NCBI GenBank assembly: GCA_042570465.1
Contig: JBHPGO010000001.1
Coordinates: forward strand, 1,656-65,655
Source of the DNA: Patescibacteria group bacterium
Lineage (GTDB): Bacteria > Patescibacteriota > Microgenomatia > PFEM01 > JBHPGO01
DNA length: 64,000 bases
Direction of reading: 5' to 3'
Of this stretch, positions 55,915 through 64,000 are shown one piece after another. A program made the position numbers and the translations under genes. The number at the start of each line of letters is the position of its first letter. Within the stretch, counting starts at the first letter, position 1. The notes beneath the pieces were generated by a model. That model searched no databases. It saw only the letters and a list, made by a program, of their open reading frames with translations, and had not been told where the DNA came from.

Positions 55915-57618
55915 CTAATAAACCACTGTTGAAGTATCCCCAGTTGGCAAACCAAGCTCCTGAGCTTTAAGTAATCGTCTCATAATCTTTCCTGACCGAG
56001 TCTTAGGTAATTTCTCGACAAACTCAATCTCTCTTGGGTAAGCGTGGCCGGCTAATTCTTTTTTAACATACTTTTTAATTGTCTCCTCAAATTTAGCTGA
56101 GGCTTTTTTTCCGGGTCTTAAAGCCACAAAAGCCTTGATGATTTCTCCTCTCATTTGGTCTGGCTTCCCAATAACTCCGGCTTCAATAATATCAGGATGA
56201 GAAACCAAAGCCGATTCAACCTCAAAAGGCCCCACTCTTTCACCGGCCGTTTTGATGACATCATCAGCCCGACCGACAAACCAAAAATAGCCACGACCAT
56301 CTTTATAGGCTAGGTCACCACTAATGTACCAGCCTTTTTTAAAATAACTTTGGTATTTTTTTGGTCGGCGCCAAATTTTATTCATCATTGATGGCCAACC
56401 AGGCTTGACGGCCAAGTTGCCAATCTTATTGGCCGGAAACTCTTTCCCTTGATCATCGACAATGCCAGCCACCACCCCCGGAACCGGTTTCCCCATTGAG
56501 CCCGGTTTAATATCGAGGCAGGGAAGGTTAGCAATGAGTATTCCTCCGGTCTCAGTTTGCCACCAATTGTCATGAAAAGGCAGCCCAAAGGTTTTCAAAC
56601 CCCAATAAATTGCTTCCGGATTTAAGGGTTCACCGACACTGGCCAAGTGCCTCAAAGAACTAAAATCATATTTCTTGGCTAAGGCTGGGCTGGCAGCAGA
56701 AAGCATTCTGATGGCTGTCGGAGCCGTGTACCAAACATTAACCCGATGTTCCTGAATTAACTGATACCATTTCTCAGGTGAGAATCGACCCTCATAAACT
56801 AAAGAAGCGGCTCCATTACTCCAAGAACCTAAAATCTCATAAGCAATCCCGGTTACCCAGCCCGGATCAGCCGTACACCAATAGACATCGTCTTCCTGAA
56901 GATCCAAAACCCAATGAGCCGTCATGTGTTCGTGCAAGATAGCTCGATGAACATGAATCACCCCTTTTGGTTTACCAGTCGTTCCGGAAGTATAGAGCAT
57001 AAATGCCGGCTCGTCAGGCTTCATTTTGGCGCATTTAAATTTGTCCGGCATTTTGTTCAAAAGGTTTTCTAAATTTTCAACTAAAATTACTTTTTTTAGA
57101 TTCGGTAATTTTGAAGCAATCTTCTCAACTCGAGGATAAAGCTTTTTATTGGTCACAAGGAATTTTGCGTCAGAATTTTCCAGTCGGTCAAAGAGAGCTT
57201 TGGGCCCAAAAGCAGAAAACATTGTTCCAGCGATTGCTCCGGTTTTTAAAGTTCCCAAAAAACCAAAGTACAACTCAGGTACACGAGGTAAGAAAAAGAA
57301 AACCCGTTCCCCTTTCTTGATCCCCTGTTTTTTTAAAAGATTGGCAAATTGATTAGAAAGCTTGTAAAGCTCAAAAAAAGTGAACTTTTTTTTCTGACCG
57401 TCTTGGCCTTCCCAATATAGAGCCACCTTGTTCTTTCTTGGTCCTTCAATGTGACGATCAATGGCGTTGTGAGCAGCGTTTAGCCTAGATTGGGGAAACC
57501 AATCGAGATTTTTTTCCGCCTTTTTCCAGCTAAAAGAACGATAAGTTTTTTGATAATCAACCAAATTTGGTTTTCTCAAAAGATATTTTTTTGTTTTTTT
57601 AATCAGGTCTTTTTTCAT
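55915..57618 (-). CDS. acsA: Acetyl-CoA synthetase (AMP-forming)
   Basis: YTSGTTGKPKG, WCTADPGW, DNWWQTETG, LPKTRSGKIMRR. Confidence 0.93.
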   Translation of the reverse strand: MKKDLIKKTKKYLLRKPNLVDYQKTYRSFSWKKAEKNLDWFPQSRLNAAHNAIDRHIEGPRKNKVALYWEGQDGQKKKFTFFELYKLSNQFANLLKKQGIKKGERVFFFLPRVPELYFGFLGTLKTGAIAGTMFSAFGPKALFDRLENSDAKFLVTNKKLYPRVEKIASKLPNLKKVILVENLENLLNKMPDKFKCAKMKPDEPAFMLYTSGTTGKPKGVIHVHRAILHEHMTAHWVLDLQEDDVYWCTADPGWVTGIAYEILGSWSNGAASLVYEGRFSPEKWYQLIQEHRVNVWYTAPTAIRMLSAASPALAKKYDFSSLRHLASVGEPLNPEAIYWGLKTFGLPFHDNWWQTETGGILIANLPCLDIKPGSMGKPVPGVVAGIVDDQGKEFPANKIGNLAVKPGWPSMMNKIWRRPKKYQSYFKKGWYISGDLAYKDGRGYFWFVGRADDVIKTAGERVGPFEVESALVSHPDIIEAGVIGKPDQMRGEIIKAFVALRPGKKASAKFEETIKKYVKKELAGHAYPREIEFVEKLPKTRSGKIMRRLLKAQELGLPTGDTSTVVY

Positions 57619-57629
57619 CGTCGTTTTGT

Positions 57630-59252
57630 TTATTCAAGTAAGTTGCGTCCGGTCATTAAGGTTGGTTTTTCAATTCCCAGTAAACCTAATATCGTTGGGG
57701 CGACATCGGCTAAAATTCCTCGCGATAAAACCCTGTTTCCGACTATTGCCTTGCCAACAATAATCAGGGGAACTGCGTTGGTTGAATGTTTGGTGTCAAT
57801 TTCACCGGTTTCAAGGTCGATCATTTCCTCAGCATTACCATGATCAGCCGTAACCACCGCCGCCCCATCAATACTTAATACTATTTTTATCAGTTTCTCT
57901 AGACAATTGTCAACTACCTCACAAGCCTTGCTTCCAGCCTCTAAAACTCCGGTGTGACCGACCATGTCAGGGTTGGCAAAATTAATAACAAAAAAATCAA
58001 AGATATTTAGCCTTAACTGCTTAATGACTGTTTCGGTTACTCCGTGGGCCGACATTTCTGGCTTTAAGTCATAGGTAGCAACACTTGGAGAAGGAATTTC
58101 CATCCTAACTTCGCCCGGAAAAACATCCTCCCTTTGACCATTGAAATAATAGGTCACGAATCTTTCTTTTTCTGTCTCGGCGATACGAAATTGCCTAATC
58201 CCCCTTTCTGACAAAGCCCTTGCCAAAGGGTATTTGACCTTTTCCGGTGGAAAAGCAGACTGAGCCGGTAAGCCTGGCTCATACTCTGTCATTGTCACAA
58301 AGATCAAGTCTTCGACAATTTTTTCCCGTTTAAAAGTAGCTCTCCCTGCTGGGGCTTCATAAACTTTCAAGCCGTACCTTTCAGCGTAGGGGTCAAAGGC
58401 AGCCTTGCTGATTTTGACATTTTCAAAATCAGGCAAAACAAAGGCCTTAGTTATCTGACGAGGGCGGTCGATCCGGTAGTTAAAAAAGATGACAGCGTCA
58501 TGGTCTTCAATCAAGCCCTCAGGATCAATTAAAGTTGGCTCAATAAATTCATCCGTTTGCTTGGCTTGATAAGCCAAATTAATTCCGTCGGAAGCTGAAT
58601 TAGCCCGGTTGCCCTTCCCCTGGACCAATAACTCATAAGCTTTTTTGGTTCTTTCCCAACGATAATCTCTGTCCATCGCAAAGTAGCGACCACAAATAGT
58701 CGAGATTTTGCCCAAGCCAAGTTTTCTTGAAACTTGCTCTACTTGAGTCACAAATGCTCGTGCTGAGGTTGGAGAAGAATCTCTTCCGTCAGTAAAAAGA
58801 TGTAAATAGACTTTTTTTAAACCAGCCGCACTGGCGAGTTTCATTAAGGCAAAAAGATGGTCCATGCTGGAGTGAACCCCACCTCCACCAACCAAGCCCA
58901 TTAGGTGAAGCTTAGACTGGTTTCGAGTGGCGTGATCAGTGGCCATCTTAAAAGCTGGAATTTGAAAAAAACTCTCATCGGCGATAGCCATATCAATTCT
59001 GGGCAAATCTTGAAAAACAATCTGGCCCGCTCCAAGATTCAAATGGCCTGTTTCTGAATTTCCGTCTTCACCACGAGGCAGACCAACGGCTTCACCAGAA
59101 GCCACCAGTTGAGTGTGAGGAAAGTTTGACCAAAGCCGATTAAAATAAGGCGTTTTTGCTTTAGTCACCGCATTGCCAGGACCATCAGGAGCAATTCCCC
59201 ATCCGTCAAGAACGATGAGAACAACAGGTTTAAAATTTTGGCCTTTAATCAT
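57630..59252 (-). CDS. gpmI: 2,3-BPG-independent phosphoglycerate mutase
   Basis: LDGWG, GNSETGH, DGRD, NPDMVGHTG, TADHGN. Confidence 0.97.
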   Translation of the reverse strand: MIKGQNFKPVVLIVLDGWGIAPDGPGNAVTKAKTPYFNRLWSNFPHTQLVASGEAVGLPRGEDGNSETGHLNLGAGQIVFQDLPRIDMAIADESFFQIPAFKMATDHATRNQSKLHLMGLVGGGGVHSSMDHLFALMKLASAAGLKKVYLHLFTDGRDSSPTSARAFVTQVEQVSRKLGLGKISTICGRYFAMDRDYRWERTKKAYELLVQGKGNRANSASDGINLAYQAKQTDEFIEPTLIDPEGLIEDHDAVIFFNYRIDRPRQITKAFVLPDFENVKISKAAFDPYAERYGLKVYEAPAGRATFKREKIVEDLIFVTMTEYEPGLPAQSAFPPEKVKYPLARALSERGIRQFRIAETEKERFVTYYFNGQREDVFPGEVRMEIPSPSVATYDLKPEMSAHGVTETVIKQLRLNIFDFFVINFANPDMVGHTGVLEAGSKACEVVDNCLEKLIKIVLSIDGAAVVTADHGNAEEMIDLETGEIDTKHSTNAVPLIIVGKAIVGNRVLSRGILADVAPTILGLLGIEKPTLMTGRNLLE

Positions 59253-60526
59253 GTCGCCGGAACTCCTTTTTCTGCCAGCTCGAGCTCGCTTTCAATTTTT
59301 AACAGTCGGTTATATTTGCTGACCCTTTCTCCTCGAGCCGGAGCGCCAAACTTAACAAACCCGGCCCCAGTCCCAACTGCAAAATCAGCGATAAAATCGT
59401 CATTTGTTTCTCCACTGCGATGGGAAACTACGGTTTGAAACCTGTTTTCATGAGAAACTCTGATCACTTCAGCCGCCTCAGAAATTGTTCCAATTTGATT
59501 TGGCTTCACTAAAACACCGCTGCAAGCCTTTTCTTTAATCGCCTTTAAAATCCTTGTTTTATTGGTGGCCAGCAAATCATCACCAACAACAATCGTCTTT
59601 GGCAAGTCCTTAGTAATTCCCTTCCAACCTTTCCAGTCATCTTCATGAAAAGGATCCTCAAGAAGCATCAGGTGATATTGGCTGTTAATGTCCCGATAGT
59701 ATTCCACCAGCTCACCGGTATCCATCGGCATTGTTTTGTCTCGAATTTTGTATTTTCCGCCTTCATAAAACTGTGAAGCAGCCACATCTAAACCCAAGAA
59801 AACATCTTCCTCAAGATTGTAACCAGACTCTCCGATTGCCTCTTTTAAGACTTCCAAGGCATCAACATTAGTAAAAAGATGCGGGGCAAAGCCACCTTCG
59901 TCACCAACGCTCTGATCAGCTCCATGACGCATTAAGACTTTTTTAAGCGTTTGGTAGATTTCTTCCGCCACCCTTAAAGAAACTGGAAACTCCATTTCAC
60001 TTTTGGGAATAACATGAAACTCTTGAAAATTTAAATTCCCAGCTCCGTGCTTGCCGCCATTAATCAGATTAAAAGTGGCCGTCGGGATTTTAAGATTTTT
60101 TTTACCGGGAAAAAAAGTATCCCTCACATGAAGATAAATTGGAATTTTTTTAGCGGCCGCTCCGGCCTTACAAACCGCTTGAGAAACTGAAAGAATGGCG
60201 TTTGCCCCTAGTTTTGATTTATTCTCAGTTCCATCAAGAGTCACCAAAATCTCATCAATTCTCATTTGCTGAATCGGGTCAAGACCAATCACTTTTTTGG
60301 CCAAAACCTGATTAACGTTGGCGACTGCTCCTAAAACTCCCATTCCACCGTAGCGTTTTGGATCATTGTCTCTGAGCTCAACAGCTTCATAATTGCCTAA
60401 AGAAGCTCCGGCGGGAACAGAGGCCTTAACCACCAATTCATTATCAAGAATTATCTGAGTTTCGATGGTTGGGTTGCCTCTGGAGTCTAGAATTTCCCTG
60501 GCTTTAAGGAGTTTAATTTTTGCCAC
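59249..60526 (-). CDS. eno: Enolase
   Basis: EILDSRGNPT, VGDEGGF, SHRSGET. Confidence 0.97.
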   Translation of the reverse strand: MAKIKLLKAREILDSRGNPTIETQIILDNELVVKASVPAGASLGNYEAVELRDNDPKRYGGMGVLGAVANVNQVLAKKVIGLDPIQQMRIDEILVTLDGTENKSKLGANAILSVSQAVCKAGAAAKKIPIYLHVRDTFFPGKKNLKIPTATFNLINGGKHGAGNLNFQEFHVIPKSEMEFPVSLRVAEEIYQTLKKVLMRHGADQSVGDEGGFAPHLFTNVDALEVLKEAIGESGYNLEEDVFLGLDVAASQFYEGGKYKIRDKTMPMDTGELVEYYRDINSQYHLMLLEDPFHEDDWKGWKGITKDLPKTIVVGDDLLATNKTRILKAIKEKACSGVLVKPNQIGTISEAAEVIRVSHENRFQTVVSHRSGETNDDFIADFAVGTGAGFVKFGAPARGERVSKYNRLLKIESELELAEKGVPAT

Positions 60527-62831
60527 GTTTAGTCACCAATCTTTTTTCTACTTGATAAACTAGTCCTCTGGTCCGGTCAATAGCGTCCGGGTTAACTGAC
60601 AGACTAGTCACCCCCCACTTAACTAGATTCTCAACCAGGTCGGGATATGTCGAAGCAGCTTGACCACAGATAGAGGCGGTAACTTTAGCCCGATGACAAA
60701 CTTCAATCGTCCTTTTTATGGCCCACAAAACAGCCGGGTTTTGCTCATCAAATCCCTTGGCTAGCTCTTCATTGTCACGATCAATTCCCAAAGTAAGCAT
60801 CGTCAAATCATTTGAGCCGATAGAAACCCCATCAAGGCCAACTTTAATAAAGTCTTCTAGTAAAATAACGTTAGCTGGAATTTCAACCATTAACCAAAGT
60901 TTAAAACTTGGACTTCTGAACAAGCCTCGAGAACCAATAATTTTTTTAACCTCTTTTAGTTCTAAAGGGGTTCGGCAAAAGGGAACCATCATCCAAAGAT
61001 TTTTTAATCCCATTTTATTTCTGACAACCTTAATCGCCTCTAATTCAAGCTCAAAAGTTTTCGGATCAGAAAGATAACGAAAAGCACCCCGAAAACCAAT
61101 AAATGGGTTAGACTCAACTGGTTCAAAAGCCTTACCTCCAACTAAATTCCGATACTCGTTAGTCTTAAAGTCGCTGCTGCGATAGATGACTGGCCGGGGA
61201 GAAAAATGTTGACAAAAGGTCGCCATCCCTTCGGCTAATTTATTGATATACTCTTTGCTTTTTTTGTCTTTGATGGCTTTTTTAGGGTGAACTCCAATTT
61301 CTGCCATCATAAACTCGGCTCTTAGCAAGCCAACTCCCTCAACATTCATTTTACTGACTTCTAAAGCTCTTTCAGGTTCTCCCAAATTAACGTAAATTTT
61401 TGTGGCTGTTTTAATTGAAGACAAAACAGAGTGCGGTTTATTTTTTTCAGATAAACCTCTGATTTCTTTGCTTGGCCTGGCCTTTATTCCTCCTTTTAGA
61501 ATTTCTCCTGAGCTTCCATTAACAGTCACAATCTGCCCTTTATCGAGGGCCTTGGTGGCACTCTCAGTTCCAACAACACAAGGAATCCCCAGCTCGCGAC
61601 TGACAATCGCCGCGTGGGAAGTTTGGCCGCCCTTGTCTGTAATAATCGCCATTGCTTTTTTCATTGCCGGAACAAAGTCAGGGGTTGTCATCGAAGTTAC
61701 CAAAATATCACCTTTATTAATTTTGTAAATCTCTTTAGCTGACTTGATGATTTTAACCGGACCACTGACAATTCCCGGACTGGCGGCGGCGCCGGTTAGT
61801 AAAGTTGGTTTTCCCCTCAGCTGTTTTTCAAGACCGGTTTCTTTTGCTTTTTTAGTTTCCTTAATCGTTGTCACCGGCCTGGTTTGTAAAATCCAAAGCT
61901 TACCATCTGCCAGGGCCCATTCAATGTCTTGGGGGAAGAAATAATGGCGATGGATTTTTTTGCCCAATGTTGCCAGCTCCTTGATTTGATGATTAGTTAA
62001 TTTTCTTTTAACTTGGAATTTGTGAGAAACCTTTGTTTCTTTGTTCAAAGTTTCAGCTTTGACTAATTGAATTAATTGTTTGGCGACATAAATATCAAGA
62101 ATTTTCAAATCGCTTTTTCTGACCAGGTAGCGATCAGGAGTAACCTTTCCCTGAACAATATACTCGCCCAAACCATAAATTGCCTCGATAATCAGCGATT
62201 TTTTGTCGTTGGTTATCGGGTCAATCGTAAACATCACCCCTGAAACATCAGAAGAAACCATCTTTTGAATCGGGACTGCCATGCCAACCTTCATGTGCTT
62301 AAAGCCTTTTTCTTCACGATAAAATATCGCTCTGGCCTCAAAAAGAGAAGCCCAGCAGTCTCTAACCGTCTGAACGACATTGGCTTCTCCTTTGACATTC
62401 AAGTAAGTTTCTTGCTGACCGGCAAATGAGGCTCCAGGCAAATCTTCGGCCGTGGCTGAAGAACGAACCGCAACCAATACCTGTTTAAAATGAGAGCCAA
62501 GCTGAAGATAGTTCTTAATAATATCTTGAGAAATATCTTTTGGAATCGGACTTTTCCTGATGATTTTTTTAATTTTCTCTGAGGCATGAGCAAAAGTCTC
62601 GGGTCGGTCCTTGTCAAGGTGTTTTAAATGATCTTTAATGACCCCCTTCAAATTATTGCTTTTAATAAACTGATAATATGCATGACTGGTGACGACAAAA
62701 CCGTCCGGTACAGGGATTTTAAAAGAAAACATTTCTCCCAAATTGGCTCCTTTGCCCCCAACTTGACCGCCATCATCTTTATCAATTTCTTTAAACCAAA
62801 GAATGTTCTTGCTTTTCTTTTGTTGCTTCAT
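60513..62831 (-). CDS. ppsA: Phosphoenolpyruvate synthase
   Basis: VGGKGANLGE, VRSSATAED, TSHAAIVSRE, GLLRAEF, SIGSNDLT; start probably 62831. Confidence 0.95.
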   Translation of the reverse strand: MKQQKKSKNILWFKEIDKDDGGQVGGKGANLGEMFSFKIPVPDGFVVTSHAYYQFIKSNNLKGVIKDHLKHLDKDRPETFAHASEKIKKIIRKSPIPKDISQDIIKNYLQLGSHFKQVLVAVRSSATAEDLPGASFAGQQETYLNVKGEANVVQTVRDCWASLFEARAIFYREEKGFKHMKVGMAVPIQKMVSSDVSGVMFTIDPITNDKKSLIIEAIYGLGEYIVQGKVTPDRYLVRKSDLKILDIYVAKQLIQLVKAETLNKETKVSHKFQVKRKLTNHQIKELATLGKKIHRHYFFPQDIEWALADGKLWILQTRPVTTIKETKKAKETGLEKQLRGKPTLLTGAAASPGIVSGPVKIIKSAKEIYKINKGDILVTSMTTPDFVPAMKKAMAIITDKGGQTSHAAIVSRELGIPCVVGTESATKALDKGQIVTVNGSSGEILKGGIKARPSKEIRGLSEKNKPHSVLSSIKTATKIYVNLGEPERALEVSKMNVEGVGLLRAEFMMAEIGVHPKKAIKDKKSKEYINKLAEGMATFCQHFSPRPVIYRSSDFKTNEYRNLVGGKAFEPVESNPFIGFRGAFRYLSDPKTFELELEAIKVVRNKMGLKNLWMMVPFCRTPLELKEVKKIIGSRGLFRSPSFKLWLMVEIPANVILLEDFIKVGLDGVSIGSNDLTMLTLGIDRDNEELAKGFDEQNPAVLWAIKRTIEVCHRAKVTASICGQAASTYPDLVENLVKWGVTSLSVNPDAIDRTRGLVYQVEKRLVTKRGKN

Positions 62832-62845
62832 TTTAAAAACCTTTT

Positions 62846-63916
62846 TTAACCTTTGAGCGCCTTTTTTAAATAAATAATCCAATCTTCAGGACCAGGGTCT
62901 TCGTGGTTGGCAATTGAAAGATAGGCGCTGGTAAAACCACCAAGGTTGACTAACTCAAGGACTTGAGCTAGCTTTGATTCAGAGCGCATTTCATAAGCGA
63001 GGTTTTTAATCTTAAATTGATTAAGAACTTTTTGAGTTGCCTGGTACCTTTTTTGATTTCTTGGGTGGTAGTCAGAAGAAACGATCATCAAGTAAACCAT
63101 GTGCTTAATGAACATTTCAGGCTTTCCAAAGGCCTCCACTAGGTGGTGGTTCATCTCAGGCAGATCATAAAAATGAGCGTTGGTATGGGCAATCTCATTT
63201 AATTGAGTTCTGAAAGTAAAAGTGGCGCCGTTAAGGTGTTGGCTGGAGATTAAAAATGGCACCAAGCCTTTGAATTCAAGGGCAAGTTTTTTGGCTGGAT
63301 TTTCAACTGTTGGTGCCTGAGGAAAAAATTTCATTTGGACCGCCTCAAATTCAGCCAGGGCCTTATTTAATAAGTCAGTAGACAAGTTAATCAAGTTCAA
63401 GTGAGAAAAAACTGCTAGCAGCGACCCAAGAGAATAGCCAACAGCGGTTTTGGGGTAACCCAAAGGGTTGTACCTAGGGTGATAGATAAAACCATCTTGT
63501 TTGTGACTTTCAATCATTTGACCGATTTTACCGTCAGTCGTGATCGCAAACGATTTGGCTTTTTTTTGTTTGGCTTGCTCCAGGCAGCTTAAAGTTTCTT
63601 CGGTGTTGCCTGAGTAGCTCGAAATGATCAGGAAAGTATCATGATCAATGTGGTTTGGCAAGTCGTATTCGGTGATTATTTGAAAAGGAAACTTTAATTC
63701 ATCTTGATAAAGAAATCTAACAATTCTCCCGGCTAAAGCCGAACCACCCATACCTGCCAAAGCAATTTTTTTAAACCCGGTCATTCTTTGAAGCACGGCC
63801 GCCTTATTAAAGTCATTAAAAACATTTCTAATTTGCTTAGGAAGGGCTTCGATCGAGCCAAGAGCGTCAGATTTGTCGATCTTTTTGAGGTTATTGATAT
63901 CGTCGAGCAGATTCAT
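62846..63916 (-). CDS. Bifunctional phosphoglucose/phosphomannose isomerase
   Basis: GMGGSA, SSYSGNTEET, Q.NE.A, PEMNH. Confidence 0.92.
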   Translation of the reverse strand: MNLLDDINNLKKIDKSDALGSIEALPKQIRNVFNDFNKAAVLQRMTGFKKIALAGMGGSALAGRIVRFLYQDELKFPFQIITEYDLPNHIDHDTFLIISSYSGNTEETLSCLEQAKQKKAKSFAITTDGKIGQMIESHKQDGFIYHPRYNPLGYPKTAVGYSLGSLLAVFSHLNLINLSTDLLNKALAEFEAVQMKFFPQAPTVENPAKKLALEFKGLVPFLISSQHLNGATFTFRTQLNEIAHTNAHFYDLPEMNHHLVEAFGKPEMFIKHMVYLMIVSSDYHPRNQKRYQATQKVLNQFKIKNLAYEMRSESKLAQVLELVNLGGFTSAYLSIANHEDPGPEDWIIYLKKALKG

Positions 63917-64000
63917 ACGACTAATTTTTGCAGATTAGGCAAAAGATAGCAAGAGGAGATTAATCCTTTGATTTAATTCCTCCAAGAGATTCTATTTGTT

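Noticed and set aside
1-64000. rRNA, tmRNA, RNase P RNA, or recoded TGA (code 25)
   Set aside because: No recognisable signatures; conserved genes are full length in code 11 and some, such as rsmI, end at TGA

Overview
AT-rich bacterial chromosome segment in standard genetic code. It most likely comes from a Patescibacteria/CPR (Microgenomates-like) genome. This is an inference from the archaeal-type TpiA, bifunctional PGI/PMI, secG-holin-transglutaminase-lexA order, dockerin-like surface proteins and many leaderless genes. About 1-20 kb is an accessory region with a methyltransferase, GH26, a GT2 synthase-GH26 fusion, dockerin-like glycosidases and many small orphan ORFs separated by relic repeats. 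About 20-46 kb holds nine intact tRNA genes mixed with an RND pump, glyA, folD, tpiA and a DEAD-box helicase. About 46-64 kb is housekeeping: secG, lexA, dedA, a 4-subunit 2-oxoacid:ferredoxin oxidoreductase, a REP-associated transposase, rsmI, acs, gpmI, eno, ppsA and pgi/pmi. The most notable signal is a layered set of tRNA-centred selfish DNA. (1) Small GIY-YIG nuclease genes sit between a duplicated tRNA 5' fragment and the intact tRNA at three different tRNAs. (2) A fixed-length non-coding module (inverted T-arm copy, 75-80 nt variable core, GGACCCTC, direct tRNA 3' repeat) occurs at four intact tRNAs and two orphan sites. (3) Short hairpin inserts, often CCTG/CAGG-tagged, interrupt the duplicated tRNA fragments, REPs and att-like repeats but never the intact tRNAs. 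All calls were made by eye, no searches were run, and novelty is unverified.
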